This document shows positions 1 through 12,553 of a stretch of DNA of 64,000 nt, piece after piece (position 1 is the first letter of the stretch; every line of letters begins with the position of its first letter). The stretch is from an uncultured Gemmatimonadaceae bacterium. Its GTDB lineage: Bacteria; Gemmatimonadota; Gemmatimonadetes; Gemmatimonadales; Gemmatimonadaceae. The notes beneath the pieces are model-generated. The model was not told where the DNA came from, did no database searches, and was given only the letters and a program-made list of their open reading frames with translations. The position numbers and the translations under genes are program-made. The DNA is taken from assembly GCA_963829055.1 (NCBI GenBank), contig CAWHHI010000016.1, positions 1,152,001 through 1,216,000 on the forward strand, given 5' to 3'.

Positions 1-174
1 AATGCGGTCGTCGACGCCCGACCCGTACACCGCCGCGTCGATGCGTCCCGCGAGTGCGGCAACGTCACCGTCGGCGATCAGCCCGACCGCGTGTCCATCG
101 ATTCCCGGAGGCGCGGCCTCGATCGCGATGTTCGCCGGCACGACCGCGTACACGTAGTAGAGATGATCAGCCAT
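1..174 (-). CDS. GvpF/GvpL family gas vesicle protein, 5' part (runs off window)
   Basis: Manual translation from ATG 174: MADHLYYVYAVVPANIAIEAAPPGIDGHAVGLIADGDVAALAGRID. YVYAVV...GIDG is the GvpF/L N-terminal pattern; the start overlaps the stop of the upstream ATPase. Confidence 0.7.
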   Translation of the reverse strand, partial: MADHLYYVYAVVPANIAIEAAPPGIDGHAVGLIADGDVAALAGRIDAAVYGSGVDDRI

Positions 175-2067
175 CGAGTCCCAGCGATCTCCAGTCTTCG
201 AGCCATTGTAGTAATCGCGGCGCACCGACCGGTGGGGGCATGACGTCGGCGGCAACAAACTGCCGGACGGATGGCTCGACTGGAAGAGGCGCGGGGACGC
301 CCTCTGCTCGATTCCAGAGGATCGCGGGCACGTGGTTGCCGAGCGCGCGCACGCGGTCGATGACGCGGACGGCCTCGAGCCGTACGACCGGCTCGTCGAG
401 CGCCACGACCATCACGCCGGCGCGCGCGGGGTCACGCAACAGCGCGCCCACCGCACGCGTGCGACGAGCGAACGCCAGCAGCTCGGCCGACACCTCGTTG
501 CCACCAGCGAGCTCGCGGTACTTGAGCATCAGCCGCAGCAGTCGGTGAGACCAGTCGAGGGCGAGTGCCGGCATCTCGAGCAACCGTACGAGGTGGCCCG
601 TGGGCGCCGGGTCGATGACGATCCGTTCGTACCGTCCGTCGGCGAGTGCGTCCCCAAGCCAGACGAGCGCGTACAGTTCGTCGATCCCGGGCGGCGCCAG
701 CGCGAGCAGTTGACGTGCGATCGCCCGATCGTGCGTGGCGTCGAGGCCGGGGCCCATCAAGGCGTCGAACGCGCCGTCGACGCGCGATTCGTATTCCGCT
801 CGCCAGCGGGCGAACGCGGCGCTCGCGTCGATCTGCCGGGCGACGAGACCGAACCCGTCGCGGACCAGCCGGTCCTCGTCACCAATGGGCTGATCGAGCG
901 CGTCGCCAATGGACGGCGCGGGATCGGTCGAGACGAGAAACGTGCGGTGGCCTACGCGCGCGTGAGCGAGCGCGATCGCGCACGAGGCAGACGTCTTTCC
1001 CACCCCACCCTTGCCGCCAACGATGAGCACCGGCGGAACTGTCGCAATGAAGTCGGTCGCGAACGGCAGCGCGCGCGTCGACGTGGACGGTCTCGTTTGG
1101 CGAGCGCGCTGTCCGGCCGCGGAGCGGCGAGCGCGCGACCAGCGCCTAACGTTGCTGCTCCACAGCTCGACACCATCGGGCCCGGCCGGAACGACATCGA
1201 GCGCGCGCACCGTGAACAGCGCGCCTCCAGGGGCGGCACCGCGCACGGCGTCGACTGCACTCGCGACGTTCTCGCCGTGCACCAACGGCACGGCGTTCAT
1301 CACGATCGCGCGCACAGTCAGTCCGCTGTTCGCGAGCGCGGCTGCATAACGCGTGGTTTCCGCCACGACGACGGGCTCAGGGCGCGTCACCAGCACGACC
1401 GCGGTGTGACTCGCGTCGCTCGTGATCGCATGAAGCCGCGCGATCCGCGAGCGCAGGCTCGCGATGAACGAGTCCGCCGCATCCGGTTTGTAGCGGTGGA
1501 GCAGCGCCGAGACCATGAACCGGTGCTTGGCCTGCATCGTGTCGAGCAGATCGATGACGGCCTGGAACGTGTCCGGGAGCGCGAGCAGCCGTAGCGTGTG
1601 CCCCGTGGGCGCGGTGTCGAGAATCACGCGCTCCCAGTCGCCATCGTCGGCGAGATCCGCGAGCGCCAGCAGCGCCATCGTCTCGTCGATCCCCGGAAGC
1701 GTCGCATCGATGAGTCCCTGAATGTCGTCGCGATCCAGGTACGTGCCGCGATCGATGATCGTCGCCAGGGTCTCGCCCCATTGCTGGATGAACTTCGCGC
1801 GCGCGGCGGTCGCGTCGAGCTGACACGCGAACAGATTCGGCACCGCCGCGACCGGCGACGGTGCGCCGCCGAGCGGGGATCCGAGCACGTCGGCGAGCGC
1901 GCCAGCCGGGTCGGTCGAGAGGACGAGCGTGCGGACGCCATCGCGCGCGCTCCGGGTGCCTAACGCGGCAGCACAGGTCGTCTTGCCGACGCCTCCCTTC
2001 CCCCCAACGAGCGTCCAGGACGCGAGCGACGCGAGCAGCGCGTCGATCCCGCTCAGCCGGCGGTCAT
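167..2067 (-). CDS. Tandem ArsA/GET3-family ATPase (two ATPase domains)
   Basis: Two deviant Walker A motifs (GGKGGVGKTT upstream of the listed ORF start, GGKGGVGKTS internally), two STDPA motifs, DTAPTGH and DPAPTGH. Likely start is ATG 2067 overlapping the gvpG stop, with a 1-bp slip near 2058. Confidence 0.85.
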
Positions 2068-2369
2068 TCGGCGTCGTCGCTCTCCCGCGCCACTCGCACC
2101 GGGCCGCCAGCGGTGGCCATGCCGAGCCGCTCCCGCCACGCGCGCACCTCGCGCAGGCGCGCCATCACGTCCGCCTCTCGGCGCACGTATTCCTCGTCGT
2201 CAATGTCGCCGAGCTCGACCAGCATCTGGAGCTCCATGAGCTCCTGCTTGATGGGGGTGTCGTCGACGAGCTGCTCCTCCACGACGCGCTGCACCTTGCC
2301 TAACGACCAGCGGATGCCCGCGACAGGTCCCGCGACGGGAAAGAAGAGGAGCTTACTCAGCAGGCCCAT
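2064..2369 (-). CDS. gvpG: Gas vesicle protein GvpG
   Basis: MGLLSKLLFFPVAGPVAGIRW...ELMELQMLVELGDIDDEEYVRRE matches the GvpG pattern; lies between gvpF/L and the ATPase. Confidence 0.85.
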   Translation of the reverse strand: MGLLSKLLFFPVAGPVAGIRWSLGKVQRVVEEQLVDDTPIKQELMELQMLVELGDIDDEEYVRREADVMARLREVRAWRERLGMATAGGPVRVARESDDAE

Positions 2370-2385
2370 CGTCCAGACCCGGAAC

Positions 2386-2446
2386 GCGGATGGCGGATGG
2401 CGGATGGCGGAACATTCGATTCCCCATTCCCGATTCCCTATTCCCG
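2386..2446. repeat. Short tandem heptamer repeats (GCGGATG x3; ATTCCCN x4)
   Basis: Read directly in the gvpF-gvpG spacer. Confidence 0.8.
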
Positions 2447-2447
2447 A

Positions 2448-3269
2448 TCAGTTGGCTTTCTCGAGCTTCAGCTTGATGTTCACGAAGTTGTACGGCGGCC
2501 ACGGACCGGTGTACTTGAACGTCAGCAGCTCGTCGTAGCGGCGGCTCACTTCTTTCACCTTGTCGTCGAACAGGCGCTCCTGCGTGCGGTCGACGAGGAA
2601 GGCCGCGTTCAGAATCATGCGGTCGCCGATGACCTTGTTGCTGCGGCTCGCGACGGCGACCGGCTTCAGCGCCTCGTGAATGTCCGCGACGTAGCGACCC
2701 TGCACGCCTTCGAGCGCCGATTCTACGAGGCGTCCGAGCTGCATCCGCGCGAAGTACGTCGAGGACGCTGTGTTCCGGCTGATCTCGTCCTTGAGACGGC
2801 GGATCTCGTCGTTCTCACGCTCGAGGTTCGCGATCACCTTCTCGCGCTCCCAGAGGACCTTGAGGCCGAACTCGATCTTGTCCTGCATCTTGTCCAGGAC
2901 ATCGCTGAACGCCTGATAGGTCGACCGCAGCAATTCGGTCACATCGTCTTCTGACCGGAAGACCGTCCCGAATGACATCGGGATGACCGTGAACTCGCGC
3001 ATGACTGTCTCGTTCACGAACTCGTGCGCCAGCACGTGCTCACGCGTCGGATCGTAGATGACGAGCGGCGTATCACTCACGATCGCCGCGAGATCCTGGA
3101 AATGCACGGTGTACACGCGCTGTCCGCCGCCAATGCCGACGCTTCCGAAGTCGCGTTGCTTGTCGAGCCGGATGATGCAGTAGACGTACTTGCCGTCGAC
3201 CGCGGGTTGCGTGAGCCCAGGCTGCGGGAGAACGGGCGTGTCGCTTCGAACGGTCTGAGGCTCGGTCAT
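2448..3269 (-). CDS. gvpF: GvpF/GvpL family gas vesicle protein
   Basis: GKYVYCII, HEFVNETVM, VIPMSFGTVF, ILNAAFLV and C-terminal GPWPPYNFV; start ATG 3269 (MTEPQ). Confidence 0.9.
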   Translation of the reverse strand: MTEPQTVRSDTPVLPQPGLTQPAVDGKYVYCIIRLDKQRDFGSVGIGGGQRVYTVHFQDLAAIVSDTPLVIYDPTREHVLAHEFVNETVMREFTVIPMSFGTVFRSEDDVTELLRSTYQAFSDVLDKMQDKIEFGLKVLWEREKVIANLERENDEIRRLKDEISRNTASSTYFARMQLGRLVESALEGVQGRYVADIHEALKPVAVASRSNKVIGDRMILNAAFLVDRTQERLFDDKVKEVSRRYDELLTFKYTGPWPPYNFVNIKLKLEKAN

Positions 3270-3455
3270 CACAGGGTCCCGGTTGGCGACAATCGTACGG
3301 CTCCCGAAGCCGAGGAGAGATTCGCCAGAAAGTAGCAATCGGGCAGGATCGGGGAAAGACTCGATGTTACGCTGCGGACGGCACGGGTTGTCGGTTGGGA
3401 TTCCCAGCGGAGCCAGCCGCCCGAGAACCAGCAGGCGCGGCGAGTCCGCCATCAC

Positions 3456-3484
3456 TTGCGACCGATTCTTCGCCGCGCCATAAT
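3456..3484 (+). promoter_or_regulatory. Putative sigma70 promoter of the lipase gene
   Basis: TTGCGA-17 bp-CATAAT, about 40 bp upstream of the ATG. Confidence 0.5.
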
Positions 3485-3524
3485 CGGCGCCCCCCGCCCT
3501 CAGTACCCTCCACTGGATCGTCCG

Positions 3525-4259
3525 ATGCGCCTCACTATGCGTCCGCTCGCCGCCGTCGCGCTCACGGTACTCGCTGCCTGCGGGTCCATCACCGATCCGG
3601 TCGATCCCCTGGCCAAACGGACACCGCCGCCGCCTCCGCCTCCGGCGCACCCGATCATTCTGTTCGTGCACGGATGGAACGCGAACGCGACTACGTGGAC
3701 GACCATGGTCGGACGCTTCAAGGCGGACGGGTGGCAGAGCTCGGAGCTGTCTGCCTTCTCGTACGACTTCTCGAAGTCGAACGCGACCACGGCGGCGCTG
3801 ATCGCCGGGAAGGTGGACTCCATCCGCGCCAAGACGGGCGTGGCCCAGGTAACGATCATCTCACACTCGATGGGCGCCCTCTCGGCGCGCTACTACGTCC
3901 GCAACCTGGGCGGCGACGGTAAGGTCGCGGCGCTCATTACGCTCGGCGGCACGAACCACGGCACGAACACGGCCGTGTTCTGCCTGCAGACATCGTGCAG
4001 GGAGATGATCCCGGGATCGTCGTTCCTGACCGCGCTCAACGCGACGGATGAATCGTGGGGATTGCCGCGGTACGCTACGTGGTGGTCGCCGTGCGACGAG
4101 GTGATCAATCCCCGTGACAGCGCACTGCTCAGCGGCGGCGCGGAGAACTATCAGACCGCATGCATTCAGCACAGTCAGCTGCACGAGGACGCCACCGTGT
4201 ACGCGTCGGTGCGTGACTGGGTGAAACAGCCGGCGACGGTCCTGGCGAGCGTGCGTTAG
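3525..4259 (+). CDS. Secreted lipoprotein triacylglycerol lipase (alpha/beta hydrolase)
   Basis: Lipobox LAAC, FVHGW oxyanion motif, SHSMG nucleophile, GGTNHGT, catalytic Asp/His region. Confidence 0.85.
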   Translation: MRLTMRPLAAVALTVLAACGSITDPVDPLAKRTPPPPPPPAHPIILFVHGWNANATTWTTMVGRFKADGWQSSELSAFSYDFSKSNATTAALIAGKVDSIRAKTGVAQVTIISHSMGALSARYYVRNLGGDGKVAALITLGGTNHGTNTAVFCLQTSCREMIPGSSFLTALNATDESWGLPRYATWWSPCDEVINPRDSALLSGGAENYQTACIQHSQLHEDATVYASVRDWVKQPATVLASVR

Positions 4260-4277
4260 GCAGCCAGCGTCGCAAGC

Positions 4278-4311
4278 AAAAGGCGGCACCGCTCGAGCGG
4301 TGCCGCCTTTT
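4278..4311. terminator. Bidirectional intrinsic terminator
   Basis: Perfect palindrome AAAAGGCGGCACCGCTCGAGCGGTGCCGCCTTTT between convergent genes. Confidence 0.85.
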
Positions 4312-4350
4312 TCGCAAGACGGTGGTTGTGTCCGACCGCGTCGATTTACG

Positions 4351-6873
<2,523 letters not shown>

Positions 6874-7355
6874 ATTTACATCTCCCTGGAAAGCGTAAAA
6901 AGCGTAGCGTTACGACGACTGACAGGGCGGCGGGGCGGGAACCTCGCTTCGCGCGGAGCGGCGAAGAGGGCGCAGTTTATCGGCGTTCGTGAAACCGCGC
7001 CAGTCCGCACGTAAGTGGTCATACAGCAACGACTTATTCTTTGCACATCACGAATCTCAATCCGAGCTCGACTTTTCCACGGCCGCAGGATTACACCGCT
7101 CTCACGTTCGCCACGAAATCTACCCCGTTCGCGACTGCGATGGCTGCCTAACGCGTCGTGCATGGTCAACTCGATGACGCTAAAGCGGTTGCCCAATCCA
7201 ACGACCACATTCTCGGTCACGCCGCAGCCCTCCGTCCGTCGAGCACGGTAGTCGGCCGTTGGGAGCGCGCCGATCGCACGTCGGGTGTTCTTGCCCGGAA
7301 ACACGTGCAGCGTGCGTGCCACCGGCGCCCTCGCAGGCCGAACGCCGACAAGCAC

Positions 7356-7877
7356 TTAGGCTGAGTTCGGCTGCTCCGACGTTATTCTGCGGGCGAACTC
7401 GCCGCGACGGTGGCGCTCGGCCAACTCGAGATACGCGGCCACCGCTGATGCTCCTCGAGTGCGCAACGTCTCGTCCGCCGAACGCACGATCCGGCCAGGC
7501 ACGCCGAGCACCAGGGAATTCGGTGGGATCACCATCCCCTCGCTACACACCGCGCCAGCGCCGACGAGAGATCCACGACCCACGACGACGCGATTGAGCA
7601 CGATCGCGCCCATCGCGATGAGACAGTCGTCCTCGACGGTCGCACCATGCACGATCGCTCGATGCCCGATCGCGACGCGCGCGCCGATCGTGCAGGGCAA
7701 CCCGGGATCGACGTGAATCACGACGCCGTCCTGCACGTTGCTCGACTCACCGATGGTGATCGGTGCGGAATCGGCGCGGATCACGGCGCCCGGCCACACC
7801 GAGGCGCGCGGGCCGAGCGTGACGTCGCCGCACACGAAGGCGGCGGGGTGGATGAATGCCGTCGGATGAATGGTCAC
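7356..7877 (-). CDS. Gamma carbonic anhydrase family (YrdA/PaaY-like) hexapeptide protein
   Basis: IRAD, SNVQDGVVIH, IGHRAIVHGATV. Confidence 0.9.
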   Translation of the reverse strand: MTIHPTAFIHPAAFVCGDVTLGPRASVWPGAVIRADSAPITIGESSNVQDGVVIHVDPGLPCTIGARVAIGHRAIVHGATVEDDCLIAMGAIVLNRVVVGRGSLVGAGAVCSEGMVIPPNSLVLGVPGRIVRSADETLRTRGASAVAAYLELAERHRRGEFARRITSEQPNSA

Positions 7878-9778
7878 GGCTGCTGGACCTGTCGGCCCAA
7901 CGCGCGGAAATACGCCACGAGGCCGTCGGCGACGCCTAACGCGTAGCGCTCCTGGAATTCCACCGTACGCACCGCCGCCTCCTGCTCGGGAATCATGATG
8001 AATGCGCCCTCACAGAGAACCGATGGCATCCAGGGGTGTCGCAGATCCGACAGGTTGTCGTAGAAGATGCCGAGGTCGCGGAGCCCCATCCGGAGAACCA
8101 TGCCGCGCTGGACCTCGCGCGCGAGCGGCTCGGACGACGGATGAAAATAGTACGATCCCGTCCCGTTCGCGGTGAACGGATTCACGCCGTCGGGAAGGGC
8201 GTTGAGGTGAATGGATACGAAGGCGTGTGCGCCCGCCTGACGTGCGAGCACGGGACGGATCGCCAGCGCAAGCGGATCGGCCGTCGTCCGCGTCATCACC
8301 ACGCGGGCTCCGCGCGCCTCGAGAATCGTCTTGAGACGCTGGCTGATCGCGAGCGTCGGGACCGCTTCGTACAAGCCTGTGGGACCTGTGGAGCCCGCTG
8401 GCGGATGGCCGGCATTCACCACGATCGTCAGCCCCTTGAGTGGCGACGCCGCATCGATCGCCGGCTGGCGACGGATGCGAAGCGTGAACGCGCCGCGATC
8501 CCACATGGGGAGGTAGCCGTATGGCGCGTGAGCGAGGTCGATCTCGAAGCGGGCGCGGTCGCTCGTCTCCTGGTACCAGCGCACGCGTCGCACGAGGGAG
8601 TCATCGCCGACGTAGCCGATGATATCCGTGTTCGCCTGCACGCCATACATCACCAGCACCAGCGTGTTGCCCTGCTCGCGAACCTCGAACGGCGGTCGAT
8701 CTCCAGTCGGGATGACGACGTCCACCCAGTCGCGCGACGCGACGACGCGCGCGTTGCCCGCGGTGCGGCGCGGCCCTGCAATGCCGGCCGGAAGCTCCGT
8801 CACGTCGCCGGCCGCGGCCCACGCCTCGAGCCCGGAATCGAGTCGAACGCGGACCATGTCGCCGACCCGACCCGTGGCTTCCAGCGTGGTCCCGGCGAAC
8901 AGCAGCCACTTGTACGTCCCGTTAGGCACCGGCCGCAGGATCACCACCCGGTCGGTATCGGGCACGCCGGCTCCGCCGGTGAGACGGACCCACCGTACCC
9001 GCAGTGGGTCGTCGACCGTGACGTCCCGGATCGCGAAGCGGGCCGTGTCGAGTCCGCGGCCAACGACCAGCTCCGCGCCAGCCGCGAGCGCCTCGGCAGG
9101 GGCGTCGGTCGACCAGACGAACGGGTCGACGTCGTTCGGACCGACGGTAACACGCAGGGAATCCAGTGCACGCGCGGCGTTCACGAGCCGGCGTTCGCTT
9201 CCGTCCCTCAGCCGAACGGTTACGACCGCGTTTCTCGGTGCGCGCAGGCTCACGCGAACGCGCTCGCCGGCGCGCGCGATGCGGACGCCGCGCGGCGATA
9301 CACTGGCCGTGTCCACCACCAGGCGACCGGTGTCAGCGAGCACGAGGCGCGGCGGCAGCAGCTTGATGGGATGATCGGCCCGCGCTGTATCGGCCCCACG
9401 CGCAGCGACGATCGCGTATCGCGGCGCGGTCGCTGGAGGTACCGGCAAGTACGCGATGAAGCTTCCGTTGGGTACGACGGGCACCGGCGTCCCGTTGATG
9501 CGGAGGGTCGCCCGCCCGCTGCCAACGGTGCCGAAAATGAAGTTCGAGTCTCGCGCCTGAACAACGGCGCCGGCCGGCGGGTAAACCACACGGACGGCGA
9601 GCGGCCCATCGACCAGCGGGACGGGCGGGAGGGCCGCCGCAGCGACGGGTGCCGCCGATCGGGCCGCCGGTGACCGCGCCGGAGCGCATGCCAGCACCGC
9701 TGCCGCGACGCCGGCGATGAGGCGAGGAACACGCGTTCGTGCGCGAACTCGTGAGCAGTGGGGCCTATCATCGAGCAT
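7874..9778 (-). CDS. N-acetylmuramoyl-L-alanine amidase (Amidase_3), probable lipoprotein
   Basis: C-terminal NAGH..E..SIHLNA..VLCEGAFI zinc motifs; N-terminal AVLAC lipobox; start approximate. Confidence 0.85.
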   Translation of the reverse strand: MLDDRPHCSRVRARTRVPRLIAGVAAAVLACAPARSPAARSAAPVAAAALPPVPLVDGPLAVRVVYPPAGAVVQARDSNFIFGTVGSGRATLRINGTPVPVVPNGSFIAYLPVPPATAPRYAIVAARGADTARADHPIKLLPPRLVLADTGRLVVDTASVSPRGVRIARAGERVRVSLRAPRNAVVTVRLRDGSERRLVNAARALDSLRVTVGPNDVDPFVWSTDAPAEALAAGAELVVGRGLDTARFAIRDVTVDDPLRVRWVRLTGGAGVPDTDRVVILRPVPNGTYKWLLFAGTTLEATGRVGDMVRVRLDSGLEAWAAAGDVTELPAGIAGPRRTAGNARVVASRDWVDVVIPTGDRPPFEVREQGNTLVLVMYGVQANTDIIGYVGDDSLVRRVRWYQETSDRARFEIDLAHAPYGYLPMWDRGAFTLRIRRQPAIDAASPLKGLTIVVNAGHPPAGSTGPTGLYEAVPTLAISQRLKTILEARGARVVMTRTTADPLALAIRPVLARQAGAHAFVSIHLNALPDGVNPFTANGTGSYYFHPSSEPLAREVQRGMVLRMGLRDLGIFYDNLSDLRHPWMPSVLCEGAFIMIPEQEAAVRTVEFQERYALGVADGLVAYFRALGRQVQQP

Positions 9779-9854
9779 GGCGGTGAAAGTAATGTCGTGC
9801 CATTCGCTCTCGCGACCGTCGAACGACCCGTCTGCTTCGATTCGACAGTCGAAA

Positions 9855-9883
9855 TTGCCCCTGGTTTTGCCGACCCGTATATA
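9855..9883 (+). promoter_or_regulatory. Possible sigma70 promoter of the PP2C gene
   Basis: TTGCCC-17 bp-TATATA in the AT-richer divergent spacer. Confidence 0.35.
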
Positions 9884-9945
9884 TTCGTGACCTTCGCGCG
9901 CCTCTGGCCGCCATACCCGTCCGCCCCGACGCTTCCGGAGCACGT

Positions 9946-11055
9946 TTGACGGTCAACCACCATCCGACGCCGACGGATCCGATCACGCCTCCTGGCGCGA
10001 TCGTGCTGCACGTCTTTGCGCATTCGGACGTGGGGCGCACGCGAGAGCACAACGAGGACGCGTTCGTCGTCGCGGACCTCGCACGGGGCGAACCCCTCTC
10101 GTTCGACCACCTCCGGACGGAACGCGTCGGTCCACGCGGCACGCTGTTCATGGTGGCCGACGGCATGGGCGGGGCCGCCGCTGGCGAGATCGCGAGCGAG
10201 ATGGCCGTCGAGGTCGTGCTCCAGCAGATGCGCCGGCGCTGGCGCGACGGGGCTACGGTAGAACCCGTCGCCTTCGTGGGAACGCTCAAGGCCGCGACCG
10301 AAGTCGCGAACGCCACGATCCACCACTACGCGGCCGACCACCCCGAGCTTCGGGGTATGGGCACGACCGCGACGATCGCCGGTCTGCTCGGCGACACGCT
10401 CTACCTCGCCCAGGTTGGCGATAGCCGGGCGTACCTGGTGCGGGACGGGGTCGCGATTCAGATCACGAAGGACCAGTCCCTGATGCAGAAGCTCATCGAG
10501 GCTGGCGAGATCACGGTCGAAGAAGCGGAGTTGAGCGACCGCCGCAACATCATTCTGCAGGCGCTCGGACCCGAGCCGCACGTGAAGATCGATCTCACGC
10601 ACCAGCGCGTGCGGCGCGACGACGTGCTCGTACTCTGCAGCGACGGGCTATCGGGGCTCGTGAAGCCGGATCAGATCGCGCGGGCGGTGACCGAGGAGGC
10701 GAGCCCCGAGCTCGCGGCTGAGCGACTGGTGGAGCTCGCGAACTCCTCGGGTGGCCCGGACAACATTACCGTCGTCGTTGCGCGGTTCGACGGCTCAGGG
10801 CTCGAATCCGCTGCTCCGGTCGACGAAGTCGGGCATCGGGTGTTCGACTCACCGGACCTCGTAACCCCGACGTCGACGTCGCCCATCGTGCGGGTGGAGT
10901 CCATTCCGGAGCCCGTCAGCATCATTCCCCAGGTGGAGGAGCCGCCGCCGGACATCGAGCGAAAGAAGCGCGGCGTCCTGTATGTCCGTGTCCTCGCGGC
11001 GGTCGGAATCGGGCTGACGCTCGTGTTTCTCTGGCAGGTGCTGACGAAGCTCTGA
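9946..11055 (+). CDS. PP2C-family Ser/Thr phosphatase (Stp1/PrpC-like) with C-terminal TM helix
   Basis: SDVGRTREHNED, VADGMGG, GMGTT, VGDSRAY, LCSDGL, GGPDNIT. Confidence 0.93.
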   Translation: MTVNHHPTPTDPITPPGAIVLHVFAHSDVGRTREHNEDAFVVADLARGEPLSFDHLRTERVGPRGTLFMVADGMGGAAAGEIASEMAVEVVLQQMRRRWRDGATVEPVAFVGTLKAATEVANATIHHYAADHPELRGMGTTATIAGLLGDTLYLAQVGDSRAYLVRDGVAIQITKDQSLMQKLIEAGEITVEEAELSDRRNIILQALGPEPHVKIDLTHQRVRRDDVLVLCSDGLSGLVKPDQIARAVTEEASPELAAERLVELANSSGGPDNITVVVARFDGSGLESAAPVDEVGHRVFDSPDLVTPTSTSPIVRVESIPEPVSIIPQVEEPPPDIERKKRGVLYVRVLAAVGIGLTLVFLWQVLTKL

Positions 11056-11082
11056 ACCGCACGCGCCCTGCCTGTCGGCGGG

Positions 11083-12525
11083 TCACACGCGGCGAACGAG
11101 CCACCGGCCGGCAGCCCTGACCATCGCCGGGACGGCACTCCAGCATGCGACAACGAGGCTCGCGCCCGCGAGCGAGAGCTCGTGCGCGGGATGGCCGCAC
11201 CAGACGACAGCCGTATCGCGGCCAAGGCGTCGCGCCTCGGCGCATAACGCGGCCGCATCGCTGATGGCGCGAGCGTCAACGTGGCTCAGTGTGGACGCGT
11301 TCGTGCCGGGCGGCAGGAGCACCACCACGAGCGTGGACCGCACCACACCCGACGGCGTCGTCACGTGCCTAACGCTCGACCCATCCGCGCCCGCGTCCGC
11401 GATGCCGGCCGCGAATGCGGCGACGATGGACGGCACGCCGGCCTGCTGGGATGCGCCGACAACTGCAACCTCGATGGGCGACGCGACGCGCACGCTGCGC
11501 CCGCGAATCACGGAGATCGCGCGCTCTCCGACGTCGCCGAGCCACGCGTGGTCGTCCGCGGAGCGCGCGAGGAACGACGAGGGCGCGCTCGCCATTTCCG
11601 CCCTGAGGCGCTGCCGACTACCCGCATCGTGCACGCGTTCGCGGTCGAGGCGTCCGGCCTGCACGGCATCCATCAACGCTCGCAGCTCGACGTCGACGTT
11701 CGCAGGGCGCACGACGAGATCGATCCCGGCAGCAACCATGTCCGCGGCAGCTACGCGCGCGCCGGTCTGAATGGCGAGCGACTCGGCGTCGGCGATGGCG
11801 AGACCGTCGAAGCCGAGTTGACCGCGGAGCAGCTTCTGAAGAATGGGCCGTGACAACGGAGCCGGAGCGCCGCTGGGATCGAGCGCCGAGTACCTCGCGT
11901 CGGCGATCATGACGCCGGCGACGCCGGCGTCGATGGTTGCGCGAAACGGAACGAGGTCCGTCGCATAGAGAGAATCATCGCTGTCGCGCACGGTTGGCAT
12001 CTCGAAGGCAGTCCGGATGATGCGACCAGCGCCGGGAAAGTGCCCCGCGAAACAGAGCACGCCTTCCGCCTGCGCGGCATCCACCCACTCCGATGCAGCG
12101 GCTGAGACCAGCGTCGCATCCGTGCCGAACATGTCGGCGCTGGCGCTGACAGCGACGTCACACGACGGCGCGAACAACGCGTTGCATCCGGCACGCCGAG
12201 CCTCCCGCGCCACGATGTGCGCGACGCGTCGGACGACGAGCGACTCGCGGAGCGACGCGATGGCGCCCGGTGGTGGCAACGCGACGGGATCACCCCACTC
12301 GGCAGCCGCGATCGTCGATGGCGCAATCGCGATGATCGGAGCGCTGTCAGCCTGACGCCGGATGTCCGCGGCCAGGGCCGAAACGGCATCGCACGACCCG
12401 CCCTCGATCAGGAACCCGCCGACGCCGGCCGCGAGCGCGCGGCTCACCGCCGGTCGCACCGGCGCGAACCCAAGCGTCGCATCCCACCGGATCGACGGCA
12501 GCAGGAGTCGCGCGATCTCGCGCAT
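11083..12525 (-). CDS. GH3 beta-N-acetylhexosaminidase (NagZ)-like protein with degenerate active site
   Basis: GHFPGAG, DLVPFR, LLRGQLGFDGLAIAD; directly downstream of anmK and murQ. Confidence 0.7.
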   Translation of the reverse strand: MREIARLLLPSIRWDATLGFAPVRPAVSRALAAGVGGFLIEGGSCDAVSALAADIRRQADSAPIIAIAPSTIAAAEWGDPVALPPPGAIASLRESLVVRRVAHIVAREARRAGCNALFAPSCDVAVSASADMFGTDATLVSAAASEWVDAAQAEGVLCFAGHFPGAGRIIRTAFEMPTVRDSDDSLYATDLVPFRATIDAGVAGVMIADARYSALDPSGAPAPLSRPILQKLLRGQLGFDGLAIADAESLAIQTGARVAAADMVAAGIDLVVRPANVDVELRALMDAVQAGRLDRERVHDAGSRQRLRAEMASAPSSFLARSADDHAWLGDVGERAISVIRGRSVRVASPIEVAVVGASQQAGVPSIVAAFAAGIADAGADGSSVRHVTTPSGVVRSTLVVVLLPPGTNASTLSHVDARAISDAAALCAEARRLGRDTAVVWCGHPAHELSLAGASLVVACWSAVPAMVRAAGRWLVRRV

Positions 12526-12553
12526 TGGCTCTCGTGACCTATGCCTAACGCAT

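Noticed and set aside
167..2067. Arsenic resistance operon
   Set aside because: No arsR/B/C/D; GET3-like motifs; gvp context.
8036..9673. Long antisense and alternative-frame ORFs (also 20837-22522, 44587-46257, 56806-58047 and others)
   Set aside because: Shadow ORFs expected at high GC, opposite well-supported genes; Arg-rich with no motifs.
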